Assembly: GCA_002633005.1 (NCBI GenBank)
Contig: NMRA01000379.1
Coordinates: forward strand, 62,001 to 126,000
Length of the DNA: 64,000 nucleotides
DNA from: Phoronis australis
Taxonomy: Eukaryota > Animalia > Phoronida
Reading direction: 5' to 3'
Positions 47,350-62,010 of this stretch are shown here, in pieces. Position 1 is the first letter of the stretch, and the number at the start of each line of letters is the position of its first letter. The position numbers were made by a program, and so were the translations under genes. The notes beneath the pieces are model-generated. The model searched no databases and was not told where the DNA came from. It saw only the letters and a program-made list of their open reading frames with translations.

Positions 47350-50300
47350 AGTACTGAGCCCATATTCCCTTAAAAATAAACAGGCCCCAGTCATGAAGTA
47401 GTAATAGAAAGGGCAAACCGTGTTTGCAAATGTGCCAAATTTTTAGGAAACTAGATTAGTCCCTGCTTACATCTGTTCCACCCAGAACATTCAAGTGAAA
47501 CTCATTTTTATCAAGTATAATTTGAAGGTTTTCAATTCATACTTATCAACCACCATCAAATAAAGTTTATTTCAAAATCGTCTAAATGATCCAAAATTTT
47601 CAGGAAACAGTCCGATTTCAGGGTGTGAAATCTAATGATTTTTACTGTACTGTAATAATAAAGTTGTGTTCAGAGCACAGAACACTTTTGTCACTGCAAC
47701 TAGAACTGTTCCTGTTATCAACTGAAAAGTTCTGCAATACAGAGATGCCCTTATTAATGTTAGTCATTATAGTCGGGAGGGATGTTGATTGTTTCTAAAG
47801 GAAAAGGGGTCATTGTGGGTATTAATCTGTCCCTCTTCAATTTTGCACAAATAACCAAAATTTCCTATTTTCACAAAAGATAACTACATGGTAAAATGTT
47901 CATATCTTTACCAAAGCTTGTGTTATGAAAGTTGCTAAAAACAAACTGCTGATGTTTTTCTCAACTTATGTTGAGAAAATTGACAAAAAACTATATGTCG
48001 GCCATATTGGGTGATGACCACACCTCAACATGGGGGATCCTTCCTACGCCTTTTATGAACTTGTCAAACTTACAAAAACACTAATTAACCTCATAGAAAG
48101 CAAACCTTGTGACGGCAAAAAACTGCCACCTACAGTACAGTTCCCTCTTACAGCACCATGTGTTGCTGCCTGCGCAGTTATCGCCCATTTTAATTCTAGA
48201 TCTAAGCAGATTAATTATATGAAAATCACTGGAAATGGAAGACAATCCAACAAAAAAATGACACGGGCAATGTAACTGTATGACTGACATGCCCAATTAT
48301 GTGATAACGATAAAAATGGGTCAGAGGCGCTACAATGCGACTTGGCAGGAACAACTCGCCGACCGACTAAAGTATATAACAAACAATATTCCCACACTAG
48401 AAATGTTAAAGGTCAACATTTACAAAAGCTTTGACAAGAACAGAAAGAATGAATAGATTGTTGTCCATCTTCAATAAATTCTGGCTAAAAACAAGACTGC
48501 TGTTTGCCGACAAGCTCCAGTTGAGTGAGTCTGCACCAAATCAATCGACTAACAACACTGCCGTGCTTCTAACCAGTTTGAAACATTAAATAAGCAAGCA
48601 CCTCCCATGTGTTTCATTGTCAGACCAATAAACAACAAATTGAGAAGAATAGCATCATGCCTTTTGTTTAGGACACAATGCGATGGAAAAGTAGAATTAA
48701 ATTACACATTACTTCTCAACAAAAATGACCTTATACTTCAACTTCTGCATGGCTTGCACTGTAAGGCTGTCTTTGGACAGCATTTGATAAAAATGCAAAC
48801 CTGCAGCAAAATCGTAGGCCTTCGAAAAATCAGAAGATACCGATTTTTACTATTAGCTTTGTTCCCAAATTGAAGAATTCTAACCCATTTGACTGATACA
48901 AAATTATCATCTTGTTACAAATCTGAATCATATATCATGTACACGTATTTAGCCTCTCACACCTATATGTGAAGCCATGCACATATGTATGAAGCACGTG
49001 AGAAAAACTAATGAACATTATGTAAGTGAAACCATAGACTACCAACTCTGTCCATTCTCAATGCATTATCAATGCCGAAATGCTTTCTTCCGTAACAGTA
49101 CATATACCGTACGCTAAAACTGCACAGAAAGTAATCGGTGCCTCTACTGAGAACATGTCGGAGTTATGAATCTATTGACTATGATTTGTTGGCAAGTATT
49201 CAATTTAGCAACAAATAAATAAAAAGCAGCAAAAAAGAACTAAAACAAACACAAAATACCTAGCATAAGCCGTGCACCTATTGAAGAGATAGTTGCCTAG
49301 CGCTATTAGGGAAGCTTAGGTGTGTAACATTTAATGGTAGTAATACTGAGTACTGTTTAGCATTATCATTATTACCTTCGGACAACCCGTTTTACAAAAT
49401 GACGAGCATTAAAAAAGGAGTAACTGTTGTGGATTGAGGCAAGCACATTCTGTTTTGTGTTGTAAACAGTGATAGAAATGGAGCACATTTTTATCTTTAA
49501 TCAATAAACTGCCTCTTTCTTGTTTTATTTTACTGTGAACTGTTAATATCAAAGTGCCTAAGTCAGAAACAAGAGCAATGCGGAGTATTGAAATGCACCC
49601 ACTACTGCAGCGCAAATATGGTGTGCTTCTAATGGTATTTTTAGTATCATAAAAACGGCCATCAGATGGCAGAGAATACATCAAACCCCGGGCGTCGAAA
49701 ATTGGGAAAGGTTTGTTGTCTCTCTATTACAAAACAGTTTGCCAAATTTCTTGAAAATCCACCAATGAGCTCCAAATATACAGAGGCAGATGTAAAAAAC
49801 AATTTGCCATAAGAAAGCAGAGCGGTAGTCAAATGTGTCCGTCTGATGTCAAGTTAATAGGAGTATACTCGGCAAATTGTGATCTTGCAAGGTGTTTAGC
49901 AGATAGAGCCGCCGATACGAAAAAAATGCCACCAGGGAGCATCACAGTTACATTGGACTCATCGGAAAATCCATGCCAGTCGTGCTGATGTCATTAAGAA
50001 CATATCTGCCAAATTTCATAACAGTCCTCTGAGCAGAAGCAGACGGCAAACAAGCAGACTCCAAAATAATTGGCATGGCCACTAGGTGGCACAATTTATG
50101 TTGAATCTATCACAAATTGGAAAGATGCTGTCATCTTTATATAGAAACTTGTTTCCAAATTTCATTAAAAAACATCGAGGAACTCAGAATATATAGAGGC
50201 ACAAAAAGAAGGAGTTTAAGAGATACAGCTACAAATGCTGGATCCCCAGACAGAGCTGATGGAAATATGCATCCACACATAAACATGTGGGAGCATAAAA

Positions 50301-51057
50301 TGTGATTTTTAGTTACACATGGCAAAGCTTCACCTACAACTTCAGGCAACTATCGGACAGATCCTATTGTGCATCACCAATATTTTTCAGTCAGTTAAAG
50401 TCAAAACTAATGCATCTGTCATTTTGTAACAGATAAGTCTAGCTTCACTCACATGCTACATTAAAAGGCGTTTCATTTTTTCGTTGGGGTGTTTCACGTA
50501 CAAGCATTTGCACTTAATCCCGGACATACCGTACTCAACCAGTTTAATGTCAATGTTAACCTACAAAAATCTGCAAAAATAATGAAGGCATAAGCAGTGC
50601 TCATCAGTGCTCATCAGTGCTCATCAGTATAGCATTCTGTTTTTAAGTGGCCAAGATTGGCTTAATGCCATTTCCTTATTACTGAAATTCCAAATTTAAC
50701 CAACTCGGGCATTAAACTGGAAGATTAGTGTAGCTTCACATACACAGGTGTGGACCTAAATACGTGCATATAAGATACAGAAATGACTCGAGGAAAGCAT
50801 GTCTACTCTACTTGCCCTTACGACTTGGGAAAGTCTCTGTTGCACTTAACTTGTTCTCAAAATATCCGAGCCCGTCTTAACACATAGATTAAACAGGCTG
50901 GAGACAGGCAGACATGGCCCAACTTTGACCAAATGATGCTTCGATTGGGACACCGTCCACAGGGTTCTCACTCAGATTGTGGGCTCACACTTTTTTCTCT
51001 GACTTTGATATTCGTACTGAGAACTGCTTCAGTGTGACAGGCATGACAGTGACAATA

Positions 51058-51256
51058 TCACACTTCAGTGACTTCGCTCATATTGTAGAAGAGGAAGCCC
51101 ACTTGACTGACAAGAGTATGTACTATCTCCTCAAGGTATTTAGATACCTGCGCCATAAGTTCAAAGGTTTTAAACTCCGGGTGTAGTAATGTAGGCCACC
51201 AACAGATGGCGAGGTTTTTACTGTCCATCTGGTTCTTAGCACAGTATTCCGTCACG
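51058..51256 (-). CDS. ARHGAP35: p190 RhoGAP (ARHGAP35/ARHGAP5 family) terminal coding exon
   Basis: tttacgcag| acceptor, phase 2; encodes HVTEYCAKNQMDSKNLAICWWPTLLHPEF...EV*. NLAICWWPT is characteristic of invertebrate p190. Confidence 0.88.
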
Positions 51257-51659
51257 CTGCGTAAACAAAAGAGATCAAAGATGTACACACACTGGTGTAT
51301 AAAGTGATGAATAGACAGGTAACAGTGTTGTGTCAACAAATAGAACGAACTTTGCATGGGTTGCATACAACAATAAAGATTTCATACTTTGAGTAGACTC
51401 TTCTATTAGAACTTAAAAAACACAAGCTTTTAACAACTCTTTAAATTAAAAGGAGGGCAGTTTTCCTTGAAAGCCAAAGCACCATTGGTTTACAATTTTC
51501 ATGTTTACAAATCAGATATGACCCCAAGTTTTAGAAAAATAATTCCGTTTTGAGGCCAAAGTACAATATTTCTAAGTTCTGGACATGGTACACAGCAGGA
51601 ATACCCCAACCTGGACCTAATTTTTTACTATACAACCTTAAAGAAGGTCTAAGTAAATA

Positions 51660-51732
51660 CTTGACTAACGGATGGTTCAAGGCTTGACTAACGGATGGTT
51701 CAAGGCTTGACTAACGGATGGTTCAAGGCTTG
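51660..51732. repeat. 23-bp tandem repeat x3
   Basis: cttgactaacggatggttcaagg repeated exactly. Confidence 0.95.
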
Positions 51733-52859
51733 GAATGACCAATGACAAAAGACGAAAATTTTCCAAATATATATGCTTGTGTGACAGAAATATTTTTTGT
51801 GTTGTAAAACTTAATTGAGATAAATGTTTTGCATGAAAAAAGTCAAAATAATGATAAAAGGAGATGAAAAAATAGGAAACTGGAAATCTAACAGGAAATC
51901 AAAACCAAAAAGAAGAAATACTCTTAAAAGAGGAAAATTCGAAGCCCTGATGGTTGCAGTTCTCAAAATTCTCTTAAAATCCTCCAAGGTAGCACACAAT
52001 GACATTTTGTGGTCACGTGATCATGAATATGAAGCCCACATGTTTGTGGCCACATGATCGCATGGTTTCCATAACTAAAGGAAACTCGGCAATCAGAAAT
52101 GATAATTTTGAAATTCAGTTGCAAGTATGACAGTTTTTGAAAGAATAGTTTTTGAATTTAAAAAAAAACCTTTGTTTTGTAACTAATAGAATACAAAAAC
52201 AGAATTGGCTCATTTAATGCAAAAAATTTCAGGATTATGGAAGTTACAGCCGCCTCCAGTAGCAACAAGTGAATGCTTTTCATCAACGAGTCATTGGGCA
52301 TACCTGTCAATACTGGTGGCATTTTGACACACCTGCCCATCTGGCAATACCCTAACTAGCCTGATGAGGTATGTAAAGGTGAGAGACATATTGCACACTT
52401 AAGCCGCTGATTAAGAGAGAAAATGTACCTAAAAATGCATTCATATATTTTACTTGTACAAAGGTCAGCAATGTTTCTGGCCATCTGAGAAAAGGGCCAC
52501 GCACCATGGAGGTGCCATTAATTTCATCAATACTACATAGCTGAGTTCAGAACTGAGGTTGTTTTCATGACATACATGCTTGTTGCAGACCATACATACG
52601 TCCTCCTGTTGACAACCAGAGAAAAGAGATGCTATCGATCCCACAGAACATGTGCTCGCATTTTATCAAAACGCGACACACTTTGCGTGTCTGTGGTCGA
52701 CACTGTCAATCTCTGCTACAACACGCCATGAATTAAGGGAATTGCTGTTGGGCTGAACGCACACGGTTTACTAACATCTGGTTGCAGGTTGCACAACCTT
52801 GTTTGATGATCCAGCTATTGCTCCTAGGTTGTGACTCTCATACTATACTGTGTACTTAC

Positions 52860-52965
52860 TGTTGAAGATGTGTGACTAGGTATTTGAGCACTTCATGGTT
52901 GACTGGTGGTAACTTCTTCAGAACACTGCGTAAAGCCTTAAGTCTCTCTGTACGATCTAAAATGC
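52860..52965 (-). CDS. ARHGAP35: p190 RhoGAP exon
   Basis: ccccag|...CA|gtaagt, 106 nt, phase 1 to 2; encodes GILDRTERLKALRSVLKKLPPVNHEVLKYLVTHLQ. Confidence 0.9.
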
Positions 52966-55900
52966 CTGGGGATAAACAGACAGGAAGCGTTCACTTTAAA
53001 TTCACCCAATAGTACAATCAGTGAAGATGTAAATTCGTATAGTTTACCATAGCGAAGTTGTATGGCCTGTCTACCACCAGACACTGTTCAAGACATCGTG
53101 GACAGTTCTAACGATATTGCAAGCCTTTTCAAAATGCAAAGATATCTTTTGGGGAAATATTGGTCAGATTTTAGTATCAGGAAAATTTTTTAAAATTGCA
53201 GATGTACAAGGCATGACTCGTTTACCTACTGGGATGCGATGTTATAAACTGACCAGCGGTCAGTGACCACCCTGAATTAACTTATCAGCAAGGAAAAAAT
53301 AGTCACAAACTCTGCATGAAGAGATATAGGTGCATACAATGAAACGTTTCATTTTACTCATCAAAGACGACCCTAAATTTGGGAGCAGAATATTGTCTCC
53401 ATACCCTTCTGAAAAATACTTCAAAATTATAGCTAATTGCCATCAGTGACTCAAATACAGGCAACACAAAGGACATTTACTCAAATCGGCAGAATGGGTC
53501 AATGTCCACCCAAGACATTCCAAAACTGATGCCATGGTGACCACAGAATTTTGAATGTCTCAAATTCAAATGACCTTGGAGTTAACACAGAAGAGTATAA
53601 TCTGTCATCATGCCCACAGTCTAGAACTAACATTCACTTAAGCACACACAAACATGCAAACAGGCACCAAACTGGGTGCATTCAACAGTGTTGAGTACAG
53701 ACTATAAAGGCTCAACTCCAAAGCTTAAAGCCTAACTTCAAAGGAATTTTATTACTTTAGATGTATTAGGCTAACCAGATAGTCCTAGCAAAGACTTAGT
53801 AAAATAAGAAAACATGAGTTCTATCATGCAAGTGTAAGCCAGTCAAATAATAAGTGAACCTGCCTTTTCCTGCCATGTTGCATCATCGCGAAATCCCAGC
53901 ACAAACAACAAAAGGTTGTATTGAATAGGGGTCTGAATAGAACACCATTGCCTGCAGGTGTTATTCCCAGCTGTATGAATTAAAAGGTGATTCTGGTGCT
54001 GATGTAGTCAAAAGCAAGCTAATACGCCTAACAGTTCCTTACATTTTGCAATTTATGGCACTAGTGAGCTAACATACTGTAGGAACCAAATTTACATGCG
54101 TTACCATTGAAGATAGGCTTTAAGGTTAGGAAGCTTGATTGTAACACACCTCAGTTTGAGAATGATGACAAAACGCAAATAAATACAGAGCTACAATTTA
54201 CAAAATATCCGCACTTTCATCATAAGTAACGATTGACAAGACCTTGAAAACGAGGTTGACATCACCAAAATCAACTCACACATCAACACTTTAGCAGTAA
54301 ATACAAAGTTTAAACTTCCTACTTGGGATATCCCATCAATAGCATTTTCCTATTTCTCCCTATGACCTTCAATAGCATTTTCCTATTTCTCCCAAGGTCA
54401 GCAAAATCACATGACGATGTCCTACCTGTAGCTCAGTACAAAGTATGAACAGAAGGTAAAGTTTTGTTCTTGAAATATCGTGCCAACCACATTTCGAAGT
54501 CAAACTTTAATTTCTTGCTATGACCTTGAAAACAAAGTCAGCAAATCAATGATGTCAAGGTCACCAATATTGACTGATATGTTGACTCACCCCACCTACA
54601 CCTTGAAACAAAATATTCAATAAAAAAAGTTAAAGTTTATTTCTGGAGATATTGCTTAAACAAAATGGGGGGCCTCATTAAAATTTGATTTCCGTGCTGT
54701 AACTTTGACAATGAAGTCAAAATTGACTGACGCCTTAAGTTGTTCCACTTTCACTTTGGTAAAAAATATGAACCAAGTCTAAAGCACCCTCATTTGGATA
54801 TTGCGCCAACATCATCTGCCAGCGATCTTGACAATGAGGTGAAGGTTACGAAAGTCAAAGTTTTGTCATGTACAAACTAGTACAAAATCTAAAACTTCCA
54901 TCTCGAGATATCATTTCTGATCAGCAACAATGCTTTGACGTACGTAATGATAGTGGTGAATACTTTGTATGACATGCAGAGTGAAGATAGAGAATACTTT
55001 GTCACTTCAGGAAAAGAAGGAATAACCTCAAAAATGTCTTTACAATTTTTAATTTGTTTCTGTTTTATATAGTAATAAAATGTAATAACTAAAGGTAAGC
55101 TTCTTGAATAATCTTTTAACAAATAAAACATGCTTCAGTTATGTATGACTTTAAGTACAAGACAGTGTAATCAGCCACATATCTACAAAACTAAAGTATA
55201 TATTTTCTGAAAGTGGAAAGCCAGTAGAATATGATTTTTGGGCTTTATGCCAATCTGCTGTTGTGTCTCGTGACAACGTCTTTATAGTAAAATTTAGCAA
55301 AAAGAAAGAGCTGCATCATAGTTAGGCAATGCTATCAATAACACCAACAGGTTTCAATCCACATAAATATTCAAAGCAAAATCTCAGAAACGGCGATGCA
55401 GTTTTCTAAATTTTCACTTCGATTTTGTTTTATGTTAATTTTAATTTTTCATCAAAATCATAGGAGTCCAATTTTTAGACAGCGCGCCACACAAAAATGA
55501 ACCATGCTAATAACAATTCTTTGTAGAAGAGTGAATACATGAAAGTTGCATATGAATTCAATCAGCCATTTTGGGAGGTTCATTTGATGTCGCAAAATCC
55601 CAATAGGGTGAGCTAAAGCCACATGCAGCACCACCTCTTGCTCTCATTCTGTTTTGAGAAGGAAACGTTCATTTTGGTACTACGATAATGCAATTTAGCA
55701 TTCTTAATTATAAAATAACACCATGGACCAATTGAAATCCACTCAATGCTCAATGTTAACTACAGTACACACTAAAAGTATTCAGACAATATGAGTCGGG
55801 ATGCCCCAGAATGATGTCTGTGTAGAGGCCTAATTTATCATCAGTGTGGGTTTTGTCTCATCAGCCAGAATGAAGAGGGATTAAGTGGAATGCTAATAAG

Positions 55901-56092
55901 TTGACTAAGCCATTCTGTAATTATAACGTTGCTCTCATGATAATTTTACGAGTCAATTTTGCTCTTAGCAGTCATGACAGTAAACAGCATTTTGTCCGAT
56001 TACTATTGGCTTGTATTGTACATTCCAGTTTAAATTCTAGGGCTTCAGCTTGACCTTAATTAGCCTTGCGTGTTAATTAAAAAAACAGAAAT

Positions 56093-56250
56093 CATGAGGG
56101 CACTAACTACTGTTGCCAAAACGTAAGGATATATAGGACCCTGTTGAAAAGTCAAACCATGACGGCACTAACTATTGTCACCAAAACGTAAGGATATATA
56201 GGACCCTGTTGAAAAGTCAAATCACGAGGGCACTAACTACTGTCACCAAT
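56093..56250. repeat. ~65-bp tandem repeat x2.4
   Basis: ggcactaacta...ccaaaacgtaaggatatataggaccctgttgaaaagtcaaa duplicated. Confidence 0.9.
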
Positions 56251-56734
56251 TGTATACGACCTTATGGACAAATCTGCATGCCACTAGATAACTCAGTAAA
56301 AGTACATATTTTCGTAAGGTAGAAAGGCTCTAAAATTTATTTTTTGACTTTTTATCAATGCACCATTAATTAGGTAACACAACCATGTCTTTTTCAGTAA
56401 AATTTATCCAGTACATTGATAACAAAACAATGGTATCAGCAACATGATCCCATTTTATTTGATATAAATATTCAAGATGAGTTTCCTAAAACATTTCATT
56501 GTTGTTTCATGTTGCTTAGCGCTTTTTCATGAAAATGATTATAAGTCTTATTTTTGAAAGTTCATATGCCAAAGTGGAAAATTTTAAACACAATTGCAAA
56601 CAAGACTTAACAGAACACTACACAATGTATGAGATTTAATAGTTTTGAATGAATCTAAACAGGAATTTCTAAGATATGATGTTCTACAGTTAGACAAATT
56701 CGGACATTTCTCTAGGGTCCTGCATAACCTTAAG
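56250..56734. mobile_element. Second copy of the TTAA-flanked element family, without satellite expansion
   Basis: Homology blocks with 18500-19841; ends ...ctgcataacc|ttaa. The left boundary is approximate. Confidence 0.55.
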
Positions 56735-57805
56735 AACAACAAGCACCAACAATGGATTGTAAACGCCATTCAGGTCACCTGCTGTCTCCACATGGTACCA
56801 CAAAGATCCGTGCTGAACTGGGGTGAAAACAGGGGATGAGTTAGTCATTAATATGTGATCTACACAGAGCACACAGTGTAAAGAGTATGGTAATTGTCAA
56901 CTTATTTTGTGCAAAAATAATAGCAAAAATAATCATTTCTAGTTTCCAATAGCTGATTACCTTCTTACGAAAATAGTAACTTTAGCAGCAAATGTTGATT
57001 TATGACATCTACACACTGCAAAACCACGTACTTAATCTTTAATTTCGTGGAGAAATTCAACAAATAAAATTTGACAAGTCGGTCATATTGTGTGCTAAAT
57101 AAGCGAAGAATTACTGTATATATCATCGCAGTGTATTACTAAGAACTGCATTACTAGGAACCTTCTCAGCACCTTTTTAATTCTACAACAATCATAAGCC
57201 AACTTTGCTGTAACCAAACCAACTTGTATATAGTACAGTAGGCTTGTGACCTGTGGAACATTATAAGTGTATTAAGGATATCTCAAACCTTATTTGCAAA
57301 AATTGGCCATTTTTACAATATTTCACGTGTCTAGCAAAATACCTTATCTTCATTGTCGGGGAACTTCAAATACAAAATGTATACTGTGTAGCGAGAAAAA
57401 AAGATTTAGCAGAACCACCTTGGAACCGCACAACCACGTGGATATTTGTTTACTACTCCGAGAGCTAATTTTGCTATTAATGTACCTTTCTTAAAAATTA
57501 AAGTTTGACTTAAAATGGTTTTTAAATAAAAATAATAATGGTATATAAATACAAAAAGTATTTTTATATTCCCTGATCTTTTTTCTTTCAGAAAATATAT
57601 ACTTTTACTAGTTGACAAAGCTTAGTAATTTTGATATACGAGTTAGAATGGAGGCCACTAAATGTAATAGGGTTTGAGATTTAATGATATAAACAAGGAT
57701 CACTGCAGGGCAGTTGGACTGAAGTCTGTTAATTACTCAAAGCTACTATACATCCACTTTCTGTCAAATAAGTAACTTTAACTTTAGACCATGTACAAAT
57801 TATAA

Positions 57806-57966
57806 AACTGGTCTCAAACTGTTACACATTCACCTGGTCTCAAACTGTTACTCATTCAACTGGTCTCAAACTGTTACTCATTCAACTGGTCTCAAACTGT
57901 TACTCATTCAACTGGTCTCAAACTGTTACTCATTCAACTGGTCTCAAACTGTTACTCATTCAACTG
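57806..57966. repeat. 26-bp tandem repeat x6
   Basis: aactggtctcaaactgttactcattc units. Confidence 0.95.
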
Positions 57967-58719
57967 ATAAGTGATTTGTGGGCTTGACAACAACTGACAC
58001 TTGATGTATTCTTGAGATTATGCTAAAAAAGTTGGGTTGATGTATGACGTCACTTTATTCACTAAACCATCATCAGTTCCTCTCAAGCCTAGAAATCGCA
58101 TTTCAGTTCAGCAAGGACCAGTTTTATAATCATAATAAGTGGTCTAACTTGCATTGTTTTCTTGACAGAAGGTGGGTTCATGGAGCCTTTGATTACTGCT
58201 TGTGAAGGGCAGGTCACAAATAGTACTACATACTTCTGATGAACAGTTGTGCAGTCACCCACGAGGTCCACTTTAGATTAGACTTGTTATCAATACATGT
58301 CAGTTTTAGTTTTCTCTTTATCCATAAATAGATGGTCACAGACACCATAACTATAATTTCTTCTCAGAGTTCACAATGCTCTCCACAACTGACTTTGAAT
58401 TAACACTTTGAATGCATTGAATCAATTCTATTTTTGCCTAGACAGAATCACATGCCACCCATGAGGCGAGTATGCAAACCACCCGCTTATTTCCTATACT
58501 TGGCAACATACGTCCCAGTTCACTTATTTCTTTCCAAATTCAATGCTACTTCACAAATGAATCACTGCATAATTGCACTACAAGAAATTATTGGACTGTA
58601 ATTGTTTCAACACCTCACATGTCCCCAGGTTGGTCAACACATGTCCATGCTATAAACATTCCCACTAAATAAGATTGGCCCAAACCCCGCCTATCAGGGT
58701 AAACGGTGGGGTTTGGCAG

Positions 58720-60290
58720 ATTGAACTAGACCATATTTATCCACCTTGGCTGAGTCGCGCTCGGCTCACTATCAAAGGGATGCCGCCAAGCTGCTCTATT
58801 CATCGAGTCAGGAGCGAGGATAATTGGCTTCGCTCATGCGGATATGATCAGCTGATTACAATCTAGCGTAGCAGACTGTACTTTTTATGGAGTTTTATGT
58901 AGTTTTTACTGTAATATTTGAAAAGAGGAGCAAAAAGAAATATGAGTACAACTTTGAATTTTTCAAACCGGCCCAGGATAAGAGATTTTGCAACACAGCA
59001 ACACTCACGATTACTTTCATTCGGCGGGCACGAATACAAAAATATAGGACCCAAGTTATTTAGATTTTGCAACACATGCATTGCAATATTCAAAATACGT
59101 TTATTATGAATCTTACAAGCTGTAAAATGACGTTGTTTAATTTCATTGTGCTCATTCATTGTTATCCGTCAAATTGGAAATTTCCGAGATGTGATCTGCG
59201 GCGTGCGCGTATGTGTACAAAACACGTGATGTTATGTACGAACATTAAGAAACTTTAGCATGCCGTTATTATTGACAGGGACACGATAAAACGAATTTGG
59301 ATTTTGACTATAGTCCTGATACAGCGAGCTGGCTGACCACTGCGTCAGTGTCTCCGTTAGACCCAGAAATTTCACACAGCCCGGGTAGTTCACCTCGTCC
59401 CCAACATGTAGATCGAGCCTTGGACTATTAATGTTTTACTCCACAGTAGAGCTAACGACCGTCGGCCTGTGCACACAAAATCTGTGAGTTAACCGGCACT
59501 CACCTTGCACGTTTCAGCCGTTTAAGTGAAAAACAATCTAGCAAACGCCATTTTCTTGCATAATCCTCCACCTTTTGTAACAAAAAAAGTCTGTCGTCGA
59601 TGACCCGCACACGCACTCACTCTCATACGCAGACGAACTTCAACAAAAACGTCACGTGACAACATGTGTGTTCATCCAGATTATTCTCGTGTTGTGGGCT
59701 ACGATGTAGCGCAGATCTGGACTTAATCGCAATTAATCTGGACTCCACATGAACTTTAAAAATTGTAAAACATAAGGAAGATTTCAGGTAATTTGTCGAG
59801 TTGAAACTATATTTTTATTCAAGAGTTCAAGTTTTCCTATCGACGATGGCAATTTAGTCGGCAAGTTTTCACTCTGGGATTTCAGCACACTTTTTTGAAA
59901 AATTATTGTAATTTAACAACGAAGTTTGATAGCAATGCACCACAATTTTGTAGAAAGACTGTCATAGGCTACAAATACGTCAAAGAGCGTAAATTTGATA
60001 AATCCGGAATTGCCTTAGGCTACAATAAATGTCCCCTCCCCGTGAAATGAATTTTTCTAAGCATTTATTAGAGCCAGTGCAGTATACAGCTTTCCACCAA
60101 GGCTAGGTGATGCAATGACATTATTCTTTGTTGCATTAGTTAACTGGTCTTGGCTAATTATCATTTTATAGCCTGGTCATCCATTCAGCCAAAAGTAGTT
60201 CCATAGGTGGCTTATTAGCCAATTATTCACGCATGCTGACTCACTGAGAAGCCTGATAAGAGTGAAGGTGGATAAATGCCTTGTTCCTAC
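58720..60290. mobile_element. ~1.6-kb non-coding element with degenerate inverted ends
   Basis: atttatccacctt...gagtcaggagcgaggataattggct at the left vs the reverse complement agccaattattcacgcatgctgactc...aaggtggataaat at the right. Confidence 0.5.
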
Positions 60291-60319
60291 AATTTCTTGT
60301 GGTAGTGGATGTGTTCACG

Positions 60320-60398
60320 ACATGTCTCCAGTTGGTCAACACATGTCCCCAGGTTGGTCAACACATGTCCCCAGGTGGTCAAAACATGTCCCCAGGTC
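60320..60398. repeat. 22-bp minisatellite CACATGTCCCCAGGTTGGTCAA; also present at 58616-58646
   Basis: About 3.5 copies here and about 1.5 copies at 58616-58646. Confidence 0.85.
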
Positions 60399-60435
60399 TG
60401 TCAAGACTTGAAAGCAATCCCAGTTGTGTTCTTAA

Positions 60436-60662
60436 GGTTATGTAGGATCCTGACTACCTTCAGCTCACAAATGGCTAAATAGGATTCATATGAAACTTTC
60501 AGATACAACACTTCAGGCATGCTGATAGGAATTGTTTATAAAATGCTCCACTTTTACATCGGGGGCAATCAAAAACAGAACAATTGAGATTTCTATGAAA
60601 ACAACTCATAAATACAGTTTTGTATATATTTGGCAGACTTGTCGATCAGGTCCTACATAACC
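60436..60662. mobile_element. Short MITE of the same TTAA-flanked family
   Basis: ttaa|GGTTATGTAGGAtcctg...caggTCCTACATAACC terminal inverted repeats; contains aaactttcagatacaa, the reverse complement of the minisatellite core. Confidence 0.7.
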
Positions 60663-60813
60663 TTGGTAAGCTTTACAACTGTAAGAATACATCTACCTAT
60701 TCACAGGCCGCAGTTTGGACCCCTCAACTATACTGCTCTTCTCTGTCAACCATCCCTTTGTCCTCAAGTCTCTCCCTATTTGTTTCTATGTCACCTGACC
60801 CCTGTCTACTTAC

Positions 60814-61023
60814 CTGCTGCCTGTATGAGCTCTTCGTACAGGTAGTTGGGTATGAGTGGCTCAGACAGATCACTGAAGAAGCCCTTAAGTGCTGTTGCCA
60901 CAGCATTAACGGGTATGTCCAGCGAATGAAAGTCGACCATCTTGTCCTCGGTGAAACGTGCCTGTAGCTGTTCCACATGGGCCTTGTTGCCAGGCACGCG
61001 GTAGATACCTTCTGCCTCTAAAC
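60814..61023 (-). CDS. ARHGAP35: p190 RhoGAP exon containing the catalytic arginine finger
   Basis: ccccag|...G|gtaagt, 210 nt, phase 1 to 1; encodes GLEAEGIYRVPGNKAHVEQL...VNAVATALKGFFSDLSEPLIP. Confidence 0.92.
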
Positions 61024-62010
61024 CTGGGGTTGAAGGAACACAAAGCAATAAATTTGTCGCAAAATTTGACTTGGGGCTTTTACCATTACAAAATTGGCTT
61101 TGACCCATTTTTCTCAGTGAGACTCAGTGGGCTTAGAAAAACAGGCAGCTTGTTATTGGCTTAGACCACCCTTGGTGCGCAGACAGCATTATGACCAATG
61201 TACCCCACTAGTACCCCATCTGGTGTCTGGTCTTGGAACCAGCTCACTTAGCAGCATGGCAATATTGTGTTCAGTCCACGAAATGACTTGGCTCATTCAG
61301 AACTCAAGCAATGACAAACAGCCATTTTTTCCAATATTTCACAGGGACTCCCTAAACACAGAAGACGCTGTACTCATTGAACGAGTCCATCCATAACAAC
61401 GTGTTGTGTGTATGTCACCTTATTCACCTGAGCACAAGAGCACACCCTGATACGAACCCCAACTTTGCATTTACTCTTGTGAATAGGTATACCTCTCAGG
61501 GAAATAAGCATATGTCAAACCTCTTCTGTTGCTTGTAGGAGTGTCTACACACGACTGGCATCAGAAAATAGATCAGACACCCATAAAACGTTAATTGCAA
61601 GCACATGACAAGTGAATCACTATTTACATTCTTGGTCGTGGACTTATCAATGTATAGTTATATGGACTAATGCACGAATGTGCAATGCAACCACAACAGC
61701 ATATAAGCACAACCCTGCTGTTTGGAGCTCTCCCTTCATATGTCTGTGGAATCCTTCTACCCAGACTGATATAGTACAGATTTCCAGTTATCCATTTTGA
61801 AGTAGATAAAACATAGGGAGAGGATACCGAGAGTCCTTCAAACACTGGAGTGGACTTGATATCTTAGGTCCTGCTAAGGCTTTTATTCAATTTCTAATGT
61901 CATTGGACTAGAACAAATCTGTTACTGTCACAGCCAATCTGTGCATTTTCTCAGCTTGAAAACAGATAACCGAAAACCTCAGGTATTAACATAGGGTATA
62001 TTGCGGTTAC

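Noticed and set aside
50596-50628. Hammerhead ribozyme cores (CTGATGAG x3 on the minus strand; other CTGANGA hits across the window)
   Set aside because: This is a 10-bp tandem repeat. No hit I checked had a stem II followed by GAAA and a cleavage-site helix.
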